From: Candidatus Multivoradales bacterium
GTDB taxonomy: Bacteria > Acidobacteriota > Thermoanaerobaculia > Multivoradales > JAHEKO01
Length of the DNA stretch: 64,000 nt
Assembly (NCBI GenBank): GCA_965223855.1
Contig: CBDCXM010000008.1
Span: 96,001 to 160,000, forward strand
Reading direction: 5' to 3'
Shown here: one piece after another, positions 29,614 through 38,310 of the stretch
How the letters are laid out: each line of letters begins with the position of its first letter
Position numbering within the stretch: position 1 is the first letter of the stretch
Program-made: the position numbers and the translations under genes
The notes under the pieces: generated by a model
What the model was told of the DNA's origin: nothing
Database searches by the model: none
Seen by the model: only the letters and a program-made list of their open reading frames with translations

Positions 29614-30930
29614 CTACACCGCGTCGGACGAACTCGAGAACGTGAAGTCCCGGATCACCATCGGCGGGATGAGGTTGCCGTTGATGCGCGTCGGCTTGCC
29701 GAGCGCCTCGATGTTGTTGAGCATGATCACCGGGCTCTCGTTGAAGCGCATGTTCTTGATCGGATAGGCGATCTTTCCGTCCTCGATGAAGAACGTCCCG
29801 TCACGCGTCAGACCGGTGTAGAGCAAGGTCTGAGGATCGACCGTCCGGATGTACCAGGTGCGAGTCAGCAGGATGCCGCGATCGGTCGCCGCGATCAGGT
29901 CCTCCAGACTCTGGTCGCCCCCTTCCATCACGCCGTTGGCGGGAAACGGAATCGACGCGGTCTCCTTCTCCTTCGCCCAGAAGCGGGAGCAGTACATGTT
30001 CTTGACCACGCCCTTGTCGATCCAGACCGTCTTCTCGCGCCGACGGCCGTCCTGGGCCCACGGCGCGACCGGGATGTCCGCCACCGTCGGGTCGGAGTAG
30101 ATCGTCACCCGCTCGTCGACGATCTTCTCGCCGACCTTGTTGCCGCCGCCTTTCTTGGAAAGGAAGCTGCGACCCTCGTCCGCCTGGCGGCGATCGAAGT
30201 TGAACATCATGTTCTGCAGCAGGCCGACCGACGCCGCCGGTTCGAGCACGACGGTGTACTTGCCGGGCTCGATGGCGCGCGCCTCGACCGACTTCATCGC
30301 CTTCTCCATCGCCACCGCCGAGGAGGCCGCGGCGTCGAACTGATCGACGTCGTTGTAGTCGCGCGTGACGTAGCCGGAACCGGTGCCGTCCTCCGTGCGC
30401 ACGGTGACCGAGAAGTCGAGCCCGGTCGACGGGTAGTAGGCGAAGAGGCCGTTCGAGTTCGCCATCGAGGAGAAACCGCGGGTGTCTTCCATGTAGCCGG
30501 CGGCGACGAGCTTCTTCTCGCGGCACGGGCCGATCGAGGAAGCGGCCACCTCCGCTCGGAAGGCCGGGTCGATACCGGCGGTCGAGTCGAAGAACCCCTT
30601 GCTCTCGAGGTACTCCTGCGGCCCGAGAACCTCCACGAACTCGGGATTCTCCGGAGCCAGCTTCGCCAGCTCCTCCGAACGCCGCACGACCTTCTCGAGC
30701 GACTGATCGTCGAACTCGTTGATCGTCGCCGTCGCCATCTTCTTGCCGTAGTTCGACTGCACGACCAGGGTGAGATCGGTCACCGAGCCGGCGGTCGAGA
30801 CGGTGTTGCGGGCATAGCGGATGTTGCCGGTGGTCGAACCGTCGAGGTTCGCCTCACAGCCGTCCGCCTTCGAGAACCCGAGCACCTTGTCGAGGATCGC
30901 CTTGGCTTCGGTCTTGGAAAGTATCGTCAT
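29614..30930 (-). CDS. tldE: TldE/PmbA family protein
   Basis: IEPGKYTVVLEP, TGLTRDGTFFIEDG, NMRFNES; lacks HExxH. Confidence 0.88.
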   Translation of the reverse strand: MTILSKTEAKAILDKVLGFSKADGCEANLDGSTTGNIRYARNTVSTAGSVTDLTLVVQSNYGKKMATATINEFDDQSLEKVVRRSEELAKLAPENPEFVEVLGPQEYLESKGFFDSTAGIDPAFRAEVAASSIGPCREKKLVAAGYMEDTRGFSSMANSNGLFAYYPSTGLDFSVTVRTEDGTGSGYVTRDYNDVDQFDAAASSAVAMEKAMKSVEARAIEPGKYTVVLEPAASVGLLQNMMFNFDRRQADEGRSFLSKKGGGNKVGEKIVDERVTIYSDPTVADIPVAPWAQDGRRREKTVWIDKGVVKNMYCSRFWAKEKETASIPFPANGVMEGGDQSLEDLIAATDRGILLTRTWYIRTVDPQTLLYTGLTRDGTFFIEDGKIAYPIKNMRFNESPVIMLNNIEALGKPTRINGNLIPPMVIRDFTFSSSSDAV

Positions 30931-30948
30931 GGTCTTGCGCCCCTCGCT

Positions 30949-32574
30949 CTAGAGCTTGCGCTCGGTGTTGATGACGTTGATGCCGTCGAAGCGGGCGGTC
31001 GAGCTGCCGTGCGAGACCGCACTGATCTGCCCCGGCTGCCCCTTGCCGTCGAAGAACGAGCCGCCGAGCCGGTAGTCGCGCTGATCGCACACCGCGACGC
31101 ACGAGTTCCAGAACTCCTGAGAGTTGGCCTGGTAGGCGACGTCGCGCAGCTGCCCCTTGATCTCCCCGTTCTCGATCTCGTAGAAGAGCTGGCCGCCGAA
31201 CTGGAAGTTGTAACGCTGCTGGTCGATCGAGAAGGAACCGTCGCCGATGATGTAGATCCCCTTCTCCACCCCGGCGATCATCTCGTCCACCGTCATCGGG
31301 TCGCTACCAGGCCGCAGCGAGACGTTCGGCATCCGCTGGAACTGCACCGAGCTCCACGAATCGGCGTAGCAGCAGCCGTGGGACTCGTTCTCGCCCAGGA
31401 TGTGCACCTGGTCCCGGATCGCCTGGTAGTTGACCAGAGTGCCCGCCTTGACGAGATCCCACTCCTTGCACTTCACCCCTTCGTCATCGAAGCCGACGGC
31501 GCCGAGCGAACCGGGCTGCGTCTTGTCGGCGAAGAGATTGACCTTCTCCGAGCCGTACGGGAAGTCCTTCGACTCCCACTTGTCGAGCGTCGCGAAGCTC
31601 GTACCCGCGTAGTTGGCCTCATAGCCGAGCACGCGGTCGAGTTCGAGCGGATGACCGACCGACTCGTGGATCGTCAGCCACAGGTGGCTCGGATCGAGTA
31701 CCAGGTCGTACTTGCCGGGCTCCACCGACTTGGCGCCGAGAGTCGCCTTCGCCTGCTCAGCCGCGGCGATCGCGTCTTCCTTCATGTCGTAGTGCATGCC
31801 GTAGCGGGTCGTGACGCCGCCGACCTTCGCCTTGGCGTCGCCGTTCATGTACTCCCAGCCCATCCCCATCGGCGACGACAGCGCATCGCGGGTCTTGAAC
31901 TTGCCGCTCTCGGGATCGACGACGGTCACCGTGAAGGTCGGCCAGATGCGATGGACGTCCTGATCGATGTAGGAGCCGTCGGTCGAAGCGAAGTACTTCT
32001 GCTCGTTGACGAGGAAGAAGATCGAGTTGATGAAGCTCGCGCCCGCCTCCATCGCCGCCGAGTTGACCTCCATCAGCATGTCGACCTTCTCCGAGATCGG
32101 CACGTCGAAGGCACTCTTCCCGATCGGCGTCTTCCAGGCGACCTCACCGACCCCCTTGACCGGAGCGAGCTTGACCGGCTCCTTCTGCACCTTCGCGTTG
32201 GCCTTGGCGATCGCCGCCGCCTGCTCGGCGGCGCGGGCGATCGAGTCCTTGTCCACCACGGAGGTCGCGGCGAAGCCCCAGGTGCCGTCGACGATCACCC
32301 TCACGCCGGCGCCGTACGATTCGGTGTTGACGAGGTTCTGAACCTTGTCCTCGCGAGTGACGACGAACTGGTTGAGGTAGCGACCGATCCGCACGTCGGC
32401 GTAGGTCGCCCCCTTGCCGCGCGCGGCGTTCAGTGCCGCGTCGGCCAGCACCTTCTTGTCGGCCGCCGGAATGGGTGTGGTGGCACCGTAGAGCGTCCGA
32501 GGCTGTCCGAGCACAGGGACGACGAGCGCTCCCATGCCGACGCCGCTCAGGCGCAGAAAGTCGCGTCTGTCCAA
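30949..32574 (-). CDS. tldD: TldD family metalloprotease with twin-arginine-like leader
   Basis: TTG start after AAGGAGGT; MDRRDFLRL; HESVGH; QRMPNVSL; FQFG. Confidence 0.9.
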   Translation of the reverse strand: MDRRDFLRLSGVGMGALVVPVLGQPRTLYGATTPIPAADKKVLADAALNAARGKGATYADVRIGRYLNQFVVTREDKVQNLVNTESYGAGVRVIVDGTWGFAATSVVDKDSIARAAEQAAAIAKANAKVQKEPVKLAPVKGVGEVAWKTPIGKSAFDVPISEKVDMLMEVNSAAMEAGASFINSIFFLVNEQKYFASTDGSYIDQDVHRIWPTFTVTVVDPESGKFKTRDALSSPMGMGWEYMNGDAKAKVGGVTTRYGMHYDMKEDAIAAAEQAKATLGAKSVEPGKYDLVLDPSHLWLTIHESVGHPLELDRVLGYEANYAGTSFATLDKWESKDFPYGSEKVNLFADKTQPGSLGAVGFDDEGVKCKEWDLVKAGTLVNYQAIRDQVHILGENESHGCCYADSWSSVQFQRMPNVSLRPGSDPMTVDEMIAGVEKGIYIIGDGSFSIDQQRYNFQFGGQLFYEIENGEIKGQLRDVAYQANSQEFWNSCVAVCDQRDYRLGGSFFDGKGQPGQISAVSHGSSTARFDGINVINTERKL

Positions 32575-32663
32575 AACCTGACCTCCTTAGGGCGTTGCTT
32601 GACTGCAGTTGCTGGTCCGGGGCAGACCCGACCGGGTCGACTCCGCTGACTCCTGATGACTAG

Positions 32664-32690
32664 TTACGACCGAGGGCGGCTCGGGTTTCC
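32664..32690 (-). promoter_or_regulatory. Candidate ECF-sigma promoter for the tldD operon
   Basis: Minus strand GGAAAC-N16-CGTAA, about 90 nt upstream of tldD. Confidence 0.5.
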
Positions 32691-32849
32691 TCCGTCGGCG
32701 ACCTCGAGCATTCTAAGGCACTGTTCGCCCCTGCTGATCAACGCTTCGAAACCGGGCCGGTTCCGCGATTCCGCCTGCATCTCCGACGGGACGCCGCTGC
32801 TACACTGAAGCGTCGGAACCGACCGCTCGGAACCGGAAAGGAACCCACC

Positions 32850-33503
32850 ATGAAGGCACTGACCCTCGCCCTGGGCGTCGCTCTCGCCGCCCCCGCCATC
32901 GTCCTCGCCGCCGGCGGCTCGACCGCCGTCACCCCGGAGCTCTCGCCCGAACAGGAGGCGATCGAGGACTACAACTCGGGCCTCAAGCTCAACCAGGAGG
33001 GGCGCGAGCTGCTGGAACGGGCCGCGGCGGCGGAGGACGGCAAGGAGCGCGACAAGCTGCTGGCGAAGGCCGAGAAGGCATTCTCGAAGGCCTCGCGACG
33101 CTTCGAGAGCGCCATCAGCGCCAAGGACGACCTCTACCAGGCTCACACCAGCCTCGGCTACGCGCTGCGCAAGCTCGGCGATTACGAACAGGCGGTCGCC
33201 GCCTACGACCGGGCGCTGGCGATCAACCCCGGCTACGGCGAAGCGATCGAATATCGTGGCGAGGCCTACCTCCATCTCGATCAACTCGAGGCGGCCAAGG
33301 ATGCCTACATGCAGCTCTTCCGCGACGACCGCGAGCACGCCTCGATGCTGATGGAGGCGATGCGGGGCTGGGTCGAGGATCGCCGGGAGTCGGGCAGCGT
33401 CGACGCGGCGATGATCGACGCCTTCGAGGCATGGATCGCCGAGCGCGGCGAAGCGTCGGCGCAGGTCGGCGACCCGGAGTTCCACATCGCCCGTCGCTGG
33501 TAG
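32850..33503 (+). CDS. Secreted TPR protein (paralog of 59312-59986)
   Basis: Signal peptide; AHTSLGYALRKLGDY, AIEYRGEAYL. Confidence 0.85.
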   Translation: MKALTLALGVALAAPAIVLAAGGSTAVTPELSPEQEAIEDYNSGLKLNQEGRELLERAAAAEDGKERDKLLAKAEKAFSKASRRFESAISAKDDLYQAHTSLGYALRKLGDYEQAVAAYDRALAINPGYGEAIEYRGEAYLHLDQLEAAKDAYMQLFRDDREHASMLMEAMRGWVEDRRESGSVDAAMIDAFEAWIAERGEASAQVGDPEFHIARRW

Positions 33504-34701
33504 GCGACCTCCGGCTGGCGCCGCGCACCTTGCGGTAGCCGTCGTCGCAGCGTTCTCCTTCGCCGGCCTCGCCGGCACCGGCGGAGGAGGCCTCGTCGCC
33601 GAAGGAAGCCCGGAAAACGGATTCGAGTGGGACCTTCCGGCCGGGTTCCCGACGCCGCTCGTTCCCGAGGAGAACCCGATGTCGACCGCCAAGGTCGAGC
33701 TCGGCCGCCGGCTGTTCCACGACACCGCCCTTTCGGGAAACCGAACCCAGTCGTGCGCCACCTGCCACCGCCCCGATCTCGCCTTCACGGACGGCCGGGA
33801 TCAGGCGGTGGGATCGACCGGAGAGCTGCACCCGAGAGGTGCGATGTCGCTCGTCAACGTCGCCTACGCCCGCAATCTCAACTGGGCCGACCCCGTCACC
33901 CGGTCGCTCGAGGAGCAGATGCTGACCCCGCTTTTCGGCGAGCACCCGGTAGAGCTGGGGCTCGCCGACCGGGAGGACGAACTGATCGAGCGCCTTCGCC
34001 GGCACCCCGGCTACGTGGAGTCGTTCGCGGCGGCGTTCCCGGCGGAGGCCGAGCCGGTGGCGGTCCCCAACGTGGTGAAGGCGATCGCCGCCTTCGAGCG
34101 AACCCTCATCTCGGGCAACTCGGCCTACGACCGCTGGCTCTTCCACGACGAGCCGATGTCGGAGAGCTCCATGCGCGGCATGCGCCTCTTCTTCTCCGAG
34201 CGATTGGCGTGCTCCGAGTGCCACAGCGGGATCAATCTCTCGGGGCCGATCGTCTCGGTCGAGCAGCCCGACGCGGAGCCCGAGTTTCACAACACCGGCC
34301 TCTACAACCTGGACGGAGCGGGCGCCTACCCGCGGGGCAACCGCGGACTGTTCGACCACACCGGCCGGCCGGAGGACGTCGGACGCTTCCGGGCACCGAC
34401 GCTGCGCAACATCGCGATCACGGCTCCCTACATGCACGACGGCAGCATCGCCACGCTCGACGCGGTTCTCGACCACTACGCCGCCGGAGGGCGCAACCTC
34501 GGGCTCGGTGAAGCGGCCGGTCACAATCCGCTCAAGAGCGAGGCCGTCGCCGGATTCGATCTGACCTCCGCGGAGAGGGCCGACATGCTCGCCTTTCTCC
34601 ACGCCCTGACCAGCCACGACCCGGGTGGCAGCGAGCTGGACGGCGGCTTCGCGACGCCGCCGAGCGGCGGCCTGCTGGACGATGGCTCAGGGCCGCGATA
34701 G
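33493..34701 (+). CDS. MbnH/MauG-family di-heme enzyme (bacterial cytochrome c peroxidase superfamily)
   Basis: In-frame upstream WDLPAGFPTPLVPEENP-MSTAKVELGRRLF; CATCH and CSECH; FRAPTLRNIAITAPYMHDGS. First ATG is at 33679 but a signal-like segment reads in frame from ~33493; true start unknown. Confidence 0.85.
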   Translation, partial: VAGRRPPAGAAHLAVAVVAAFSFAGLAGTGGGGLVAEGSPENGFEWDLPAGFPTPLVPEENPMSTAKVELGRRLFHDTALSGNRTQSCATCHRPDLAFTDGRDQAVGSTGELHPRGAMSLVNVAYARNLNWADPVTRSLEEQMLTPLFGEHPVELGLADREDELIERLRRHPGYVESFAAAFPAEAEPVAVPNVVKAIAAFERTLISGNSAYDRWLFHDEPMSESSMRGMRLFFSERLACSECHSGINLSGPIVSVEQPDAEPEFHNTGLYNLDGAGAYPRGNRGLFDHTGRPEDVGRFRAPTLRNIAITAPYMHDGSIATLDAVLDHYAAGGRNLGLGEAAGHNPLKSEAVAGFDLTSAERADMLAFLHALTSHDPGGSELDGGFATPPSGGLLDDGSGPR

Positions 34702-34718
34702 CTTCCCACCCACTGTCC

Positions 34719-36548
34719 ATGAGCGATCCCCAACCGATCACCGACGTAGCACCGCCCTCGCGCTATATCGAGAAGGTCAGTCTCTCCACCGGCGAACCCC
34801 TCGACGAGCCGATCGAGCCGCGCCAACTGCTCGTCCACAATCACCGCGACTACCACCTGGTCGACGTCTACGCCCGCAACATGATGAGCCGGGTCGTTCG
34901 GGCGACCGGGGACGAGGAAGAGGCACGGCAGCGGATGAAGCGCCGGCGCCGGCTCGGCCATCGGACCGCCAAAGGGCTGGCGAAGATGATCGGCAGCGAC
35001 GATCCCGACGGGCTGGCGAAGAAGCTCTTCGGCCTCAAGGAGCGCGAGTACTACTTCCGATTCCGCAAAGCGCCCCACTCCGAGCAGGAGGTGCGAGAGC
35101 GGCTATGGGAGCTGCGCGAGGCTGCGCGCGACCGCTACCGGGAGATGATCGAGAAGGGCGGCGGCGTAAGGGTGCTCCTGACCGGTGGCACCGGCTTCGT
35201 CGGAAAGGAGATCCTCTGGCAGGTGGCCCACGATCCGGAAATTCGGGAGGTCGTCGTCCTCATCCGGCCGAAGGAGATCCGCGACCGCAAGAGCGGCGAG
35301 GTCGTCGAGACGCTCTCCCCTTCCGAGCGCGGTGAGACCCTGCTCGATCAGCTCTGGCTCGACACGCCCGACGAGCGCGCCAAGTTCCGCTTCGTCGCCG
35401 GCGACGTCGAGCAGCCCCGGCTCGGGCTCGCCGACGACGAGGTCGAGCGCCTCGAGGGGTCCCTCACCCACGTTATCCACTGCGCCGCCAGCGTCGCCTT
35501 CGACGACCCCTACGAGGCGTCCTTCCGCGCCAACGTCCTCGGCACGCTGAACGCCCTGCGGTTCTCGCTCCGGCTCCAGGAAGCCGAGGGAAGCCCCTTC
35601 GTCGCCCACCTCGGCATCGAGACGTCCTACATCCACGGGCGGCAGACCAAGGATCCGTCGCGCGAAGACGAGGTGGTCTTCCCGCGCAACTTCTACAACA
35701 ACTACTACGAGCTGACGAAGGCGATGGCGTCGATCGACACCGAGCGCTTCATGCTCGACAAGGGGCTGCGGGTCGTGCAGCTGTGTCCGGCGATTGTCAT
35801 CGGCGAGCTGGCGACCGGCAACAACCGGGGCGACACCAAGGTGGTCAACGCTCCGGTCAACGTCTTCGGTCGCGCCAAGGAGGCGCTCACGTCGACGTCG
35901 GGGCGGTGGCGCGACCGTTCGAGTGCCGCCGCCATTGCGCGGCTCGCCTGCGTCTTCCCCGGCGATCCCTCCGCCGAGATCAACCTCATCCCGGTCGACC
36001 GGGTCGTCGCCGGGATCGTCGCCGCCCTCAAGCGCCCGAAAGCGGTGGGCCACCGGATCCACCTGGCGACCGACAAGCGGATCCGCTCCGAGGCGATTCG
36101 CGACATCGTCGGCGAGGAGATCGGGGTCAAGGTCACTCTGGCCGAGCCCACCCTCCACCGCAACGTCACGCTGCCGCTCCTGACCAAGGTGCTGCGCCGC
36201 GTCCGCCAGGAGCGAATCGGCAACGCTCTCGAGAAGCTGGGCACCATCTTCGGCGGCTACAGCGAATGGGGTCAGCCGCAGCACGAAGTCGGCAAGGACG
36301 TGACGGTGCTCGGTCTCGCGCCGCAGCGCCCCGACTCCGAGCACGCCTTCAGGATGCTGTGCCGCCACAACCGCTACGTCCAGGACTTCGGCCAGGTTCG
36401 CGACCTCGACGAGATCTCGAGGCGCGAGCGCCTGTGGAGGGAGTTCCTGATCGAGTTGGAATACGAAACGGGAACTGAGCCCGGAGCCCTGTCGGCAGAG
36501 GCGTTCGCGGCCGAGGTCGGGCGCTACGAGGCGGCGCTCTCCGCCTGA
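34719..36548 (+). CDS. Extended SDR / fatty-acyl-CoA-reductase-like (NAD_binding_4) protein with N-terminal extension
   Basis: LLTGGTGFVGK, IHCAASVAF, YELTK. Confidence 0.8.
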   Translation: MSDPQPITDVAPPSRYIEKVSLSTGEPLDEPIEPRQLLVHNHRDYHLVDVYARNMMSRVVRATGDEEEARQRMKRRRRLGHRTAKGLAKMIGSDDPDGLAKKLFGLKEREYYFRFRKAPHSEQEVRERLWELREAARDRYREMIEKGGGVRVLLTGGTGFVGKEILWQVAHDPEIREVVVLIRPKEIRDRKSGEVVETLSPSERGETLLDQLWLDTPDERAKFRFVAGDVEQPRLGLADDEVERLEGSLTHVIHCAASVAFDDPYEASFRANVLGTLNALRFSLRLQEAEGSPFVAHLGIETSYIHGRQTKDPSREDEVVFPRNFYNNYYELTKAMASIDTERFMLDKGLRVVQLCPAIVIGELATGNNRGDTKVVNAPVNVFGRAKEALTSTSGRWRDRSSAAAIARLACVFPGDPSAEINLIPVDRVVAGIVAALKRPKAVGHRIHLATDKRIRSEAIRDIVGEEIGVKVTLAEPTLHRNVTLPLLTKVLRRVRQERIGNALEKLGTIFGGYSEWGQPQHEVGKDVTVLGLAPQRPDSEHAFRMLCRHNRYVQDFGQVRDLDEISRRERLWREFLIELEYETGTEPGALSAEAFAAEVGRYEAALSA

Positions 36549-36647
36549 CCGGGGATCGATCGACAAGAGCCGGCCGCACGCCCCAGTCGACGGCCGGCTC
36601 CCGGCCCCGGGGCCGGATGCTCCTGGAGGGGTAGGATCGAGACCGAC

Positions 36648-38114
36648 ATGACCCCCGAGACCTCCGCAGGGCGACCGCTCTACGGCCTCGATGACCGGCC
36701 GCCGCCGGGCAAGGCGGTCGTGCTCGGCGCTCAGCACGTGCTGACGATGTTCGGCGCCACGGTCTCGGTGCCGCTGCTGCTCGGCCCCGCCATGGGGATG
36801 TCGCCGGCGGAGACCGCGGTCCTGATCTCCTCGGTCATGCTCGCTTCCGGGATCGCCACGCTGCTCCAGACCACCATCGGCTCGCGGCTGCCGATCGTCC
36901 AGGGAGTCTCGTTCTCCTTTCTCGCCGCCTTCTTCCTCATCATCGGCGAAGCGACCTCCGAGGCGGCCGCTACCGGCGTTGCGCCAGGGCCGCTGGCGAT
37001 GCGGTACATCGGCGGCGCAGTGATCGCCGGCGCTCTGATCGAGATGACGATCGGCTTCAGCGGGCTCGCGGGCATGTTGAGGCGAGTGCTCAGCCCGGTC
37101 GTCGTCGGCCCGGTGATCATGCTCGTCGGCCTGGCGCTCTTCCAGCATGGCGCACCGAAGGCCGGCACCCACTGGCCCACGGCCGGAGCGACGATCCTCC
37201 TCGTGATCGTCTTCTCTCTCGTGCTGTCGAGACGCAGCCGCCTGTTCCGCCTGTTCCCGATCCTCATCGCGGTCGGAGCGGTGACCACGCTGTGCTGGCT
37301 CCTCTCGGCAGGAGGGTTCTATCCCCCCGGACATCCCGCTCATGTCGGGCTTGCCACGGCGCAAAGCGCCGAATGGCTGCGGTTCGACCTGCTCTTCCCG
37401 TGGGGGGCGCCGAAGTTCCACGCCGGCTTCTTCTTTGCCGTCCTCGCCGGCTACCTCGCCTCGACGATCGAGTCGATCGGCGACTACCACGCCTGCGCGC
37501 ACATGGCGGGTGCCGGAGACCCGACCGCCCGACAGATCTCCCGTGGCATCGGGGCCGAGGGAGTCGGATGCGCCGTCACCGGTCTGGTGGGCGGATTCGC
37601 CTCGACCTCCTATTCGGAGAACATCGGCCTCGTGGGTCTGACAAAGGTCGCCTCCCTCCACGTCGTCAGGATCGGAGCGGTGCTTCTCGTGCTGCTCGGC
37701 ATCTTCGGGAAGTTCGGCGGCCTCGCCGCAGCGATCCCCGGCCCCGTGGTCGGCGGTCTCTACTGCGCGCTCTTCGGCCTGATCGCGGCGATCGGGGTCC
37801 AGCAGCTGGCTCGCGCCGACCTGACGAGCGATCGCAATCTCTTCATCGCCGGATTCAGCCTCTTCATGGGGTTGTCGATCCCCGCCTACTTCGCCGCAGC
37901 CACAGGCGATCTGCAGCCGGGGCAGACGATGGCCAGCTATCTGCCGACGGCCCAGGGGCTCCTGAGCAGCCTGCCCGGCCCGCTGGCGAGCATCGTCGTC
38001 TCGATCGGGTCGACCGGAATGGCCGTCGCCGCTGTGATCGGTATCGCCCTCGACAACCTCGTCCCCGGCACGGATCGGGAACGGGGGCTCGAGGGTTCTT
38101 CAGCAGGCTCTTAG
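36648..38114 (+). CDS. NCS2 nucleobase:cation symporter (xanthine/uracil permease)
   Basis: QHVLTMFG, RLPIVQGVSF, ESIGDY, STSYSENIGLVGLTKVAS. Confidence 0.92.
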   Translation: MTPETSAGRPLYGLDDRPPPGKAVVLGAQHVLTMFGATVSVPLLLGPAMGMSPAETAVLISSVMLASGIATLLQTTIGSRLPIVQGVSFSFLAAFFLIIGEATSEAAATGVAPGPLAMRYIGGAVIAGALIEMTIGFSGLAGMLRRVLSPVVVGPVIMLVGLALFQHGAPKAGTHWPTAGATILLVIVFSLVLSRRSRLFRLFPILIAVGAVTTLCWLLSAGGFYPPGHPAHVGLATAQSAEWLRFDLLFPWGAPKFHAGFFFAVLAGYLASTIESIGDYHACAHMAGAGDPTARQISRGIGAEGVGCAVTGLVGGFASTSYSENIGLVGLTKVASLHVVRIGAVLLVLLGIFGKFGGLAAAIPGPVVGGLYCALFGLIAAIGVQQLARADLTSDRNLFIAGFSLFMGLSIPAYFAAATGDLQPGQTMASYLPTAQGLLSSLPGPLASIVVSIGSTGMAVAAVIGIALDNLVPGTDRERGLEGSSAGS

Positions 38115-38310
38115 CCTGGACGTCTCACGCCGGTGGGCCCTGGAAGGCCGTAGGTTGCTGAAGATACAAGGCTTCCGGTCGCGAGCACCGCAGGCATAGC
38201 CGTAGCTACGTCGAGGAGCGAAGGGGCCGGGCAACGCAGTAGATTCAGTGACATACGGTCTTCCTGAGCAGTCCGGTGAACCTTGCGGCGGCATGAGACG
38301 TTCAGGCTAG
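38111..38310. repeat. Long-palindrome intergenic element, copy 2
   Basis: Ends TTAGCCTGGACGTCTCACGCCG...CGGCATGAGACGTTCAGGCTAG; same core GTAGGTTGCTGAAGATACAAGGCTTCCG...GGCATAGCCGTAGCTACGTCGAGGAGCG...TTCAGTGACATACGG as 6118-6302. Confidence 0.9.

Noticed and set aside
29545-32649. 1034-aa plus-strand ORF antisense to tldD/tldE
   Set aside because: Shadow frame caused by strong GC3 bias; no motifs.
33412-33414. In-frame TGA upstream of the MbnH-like gene as a possible Sec codon
   Set aside because: It lies inside the TPR gene in another frame, with no redox motif context or recognisable SECIS.
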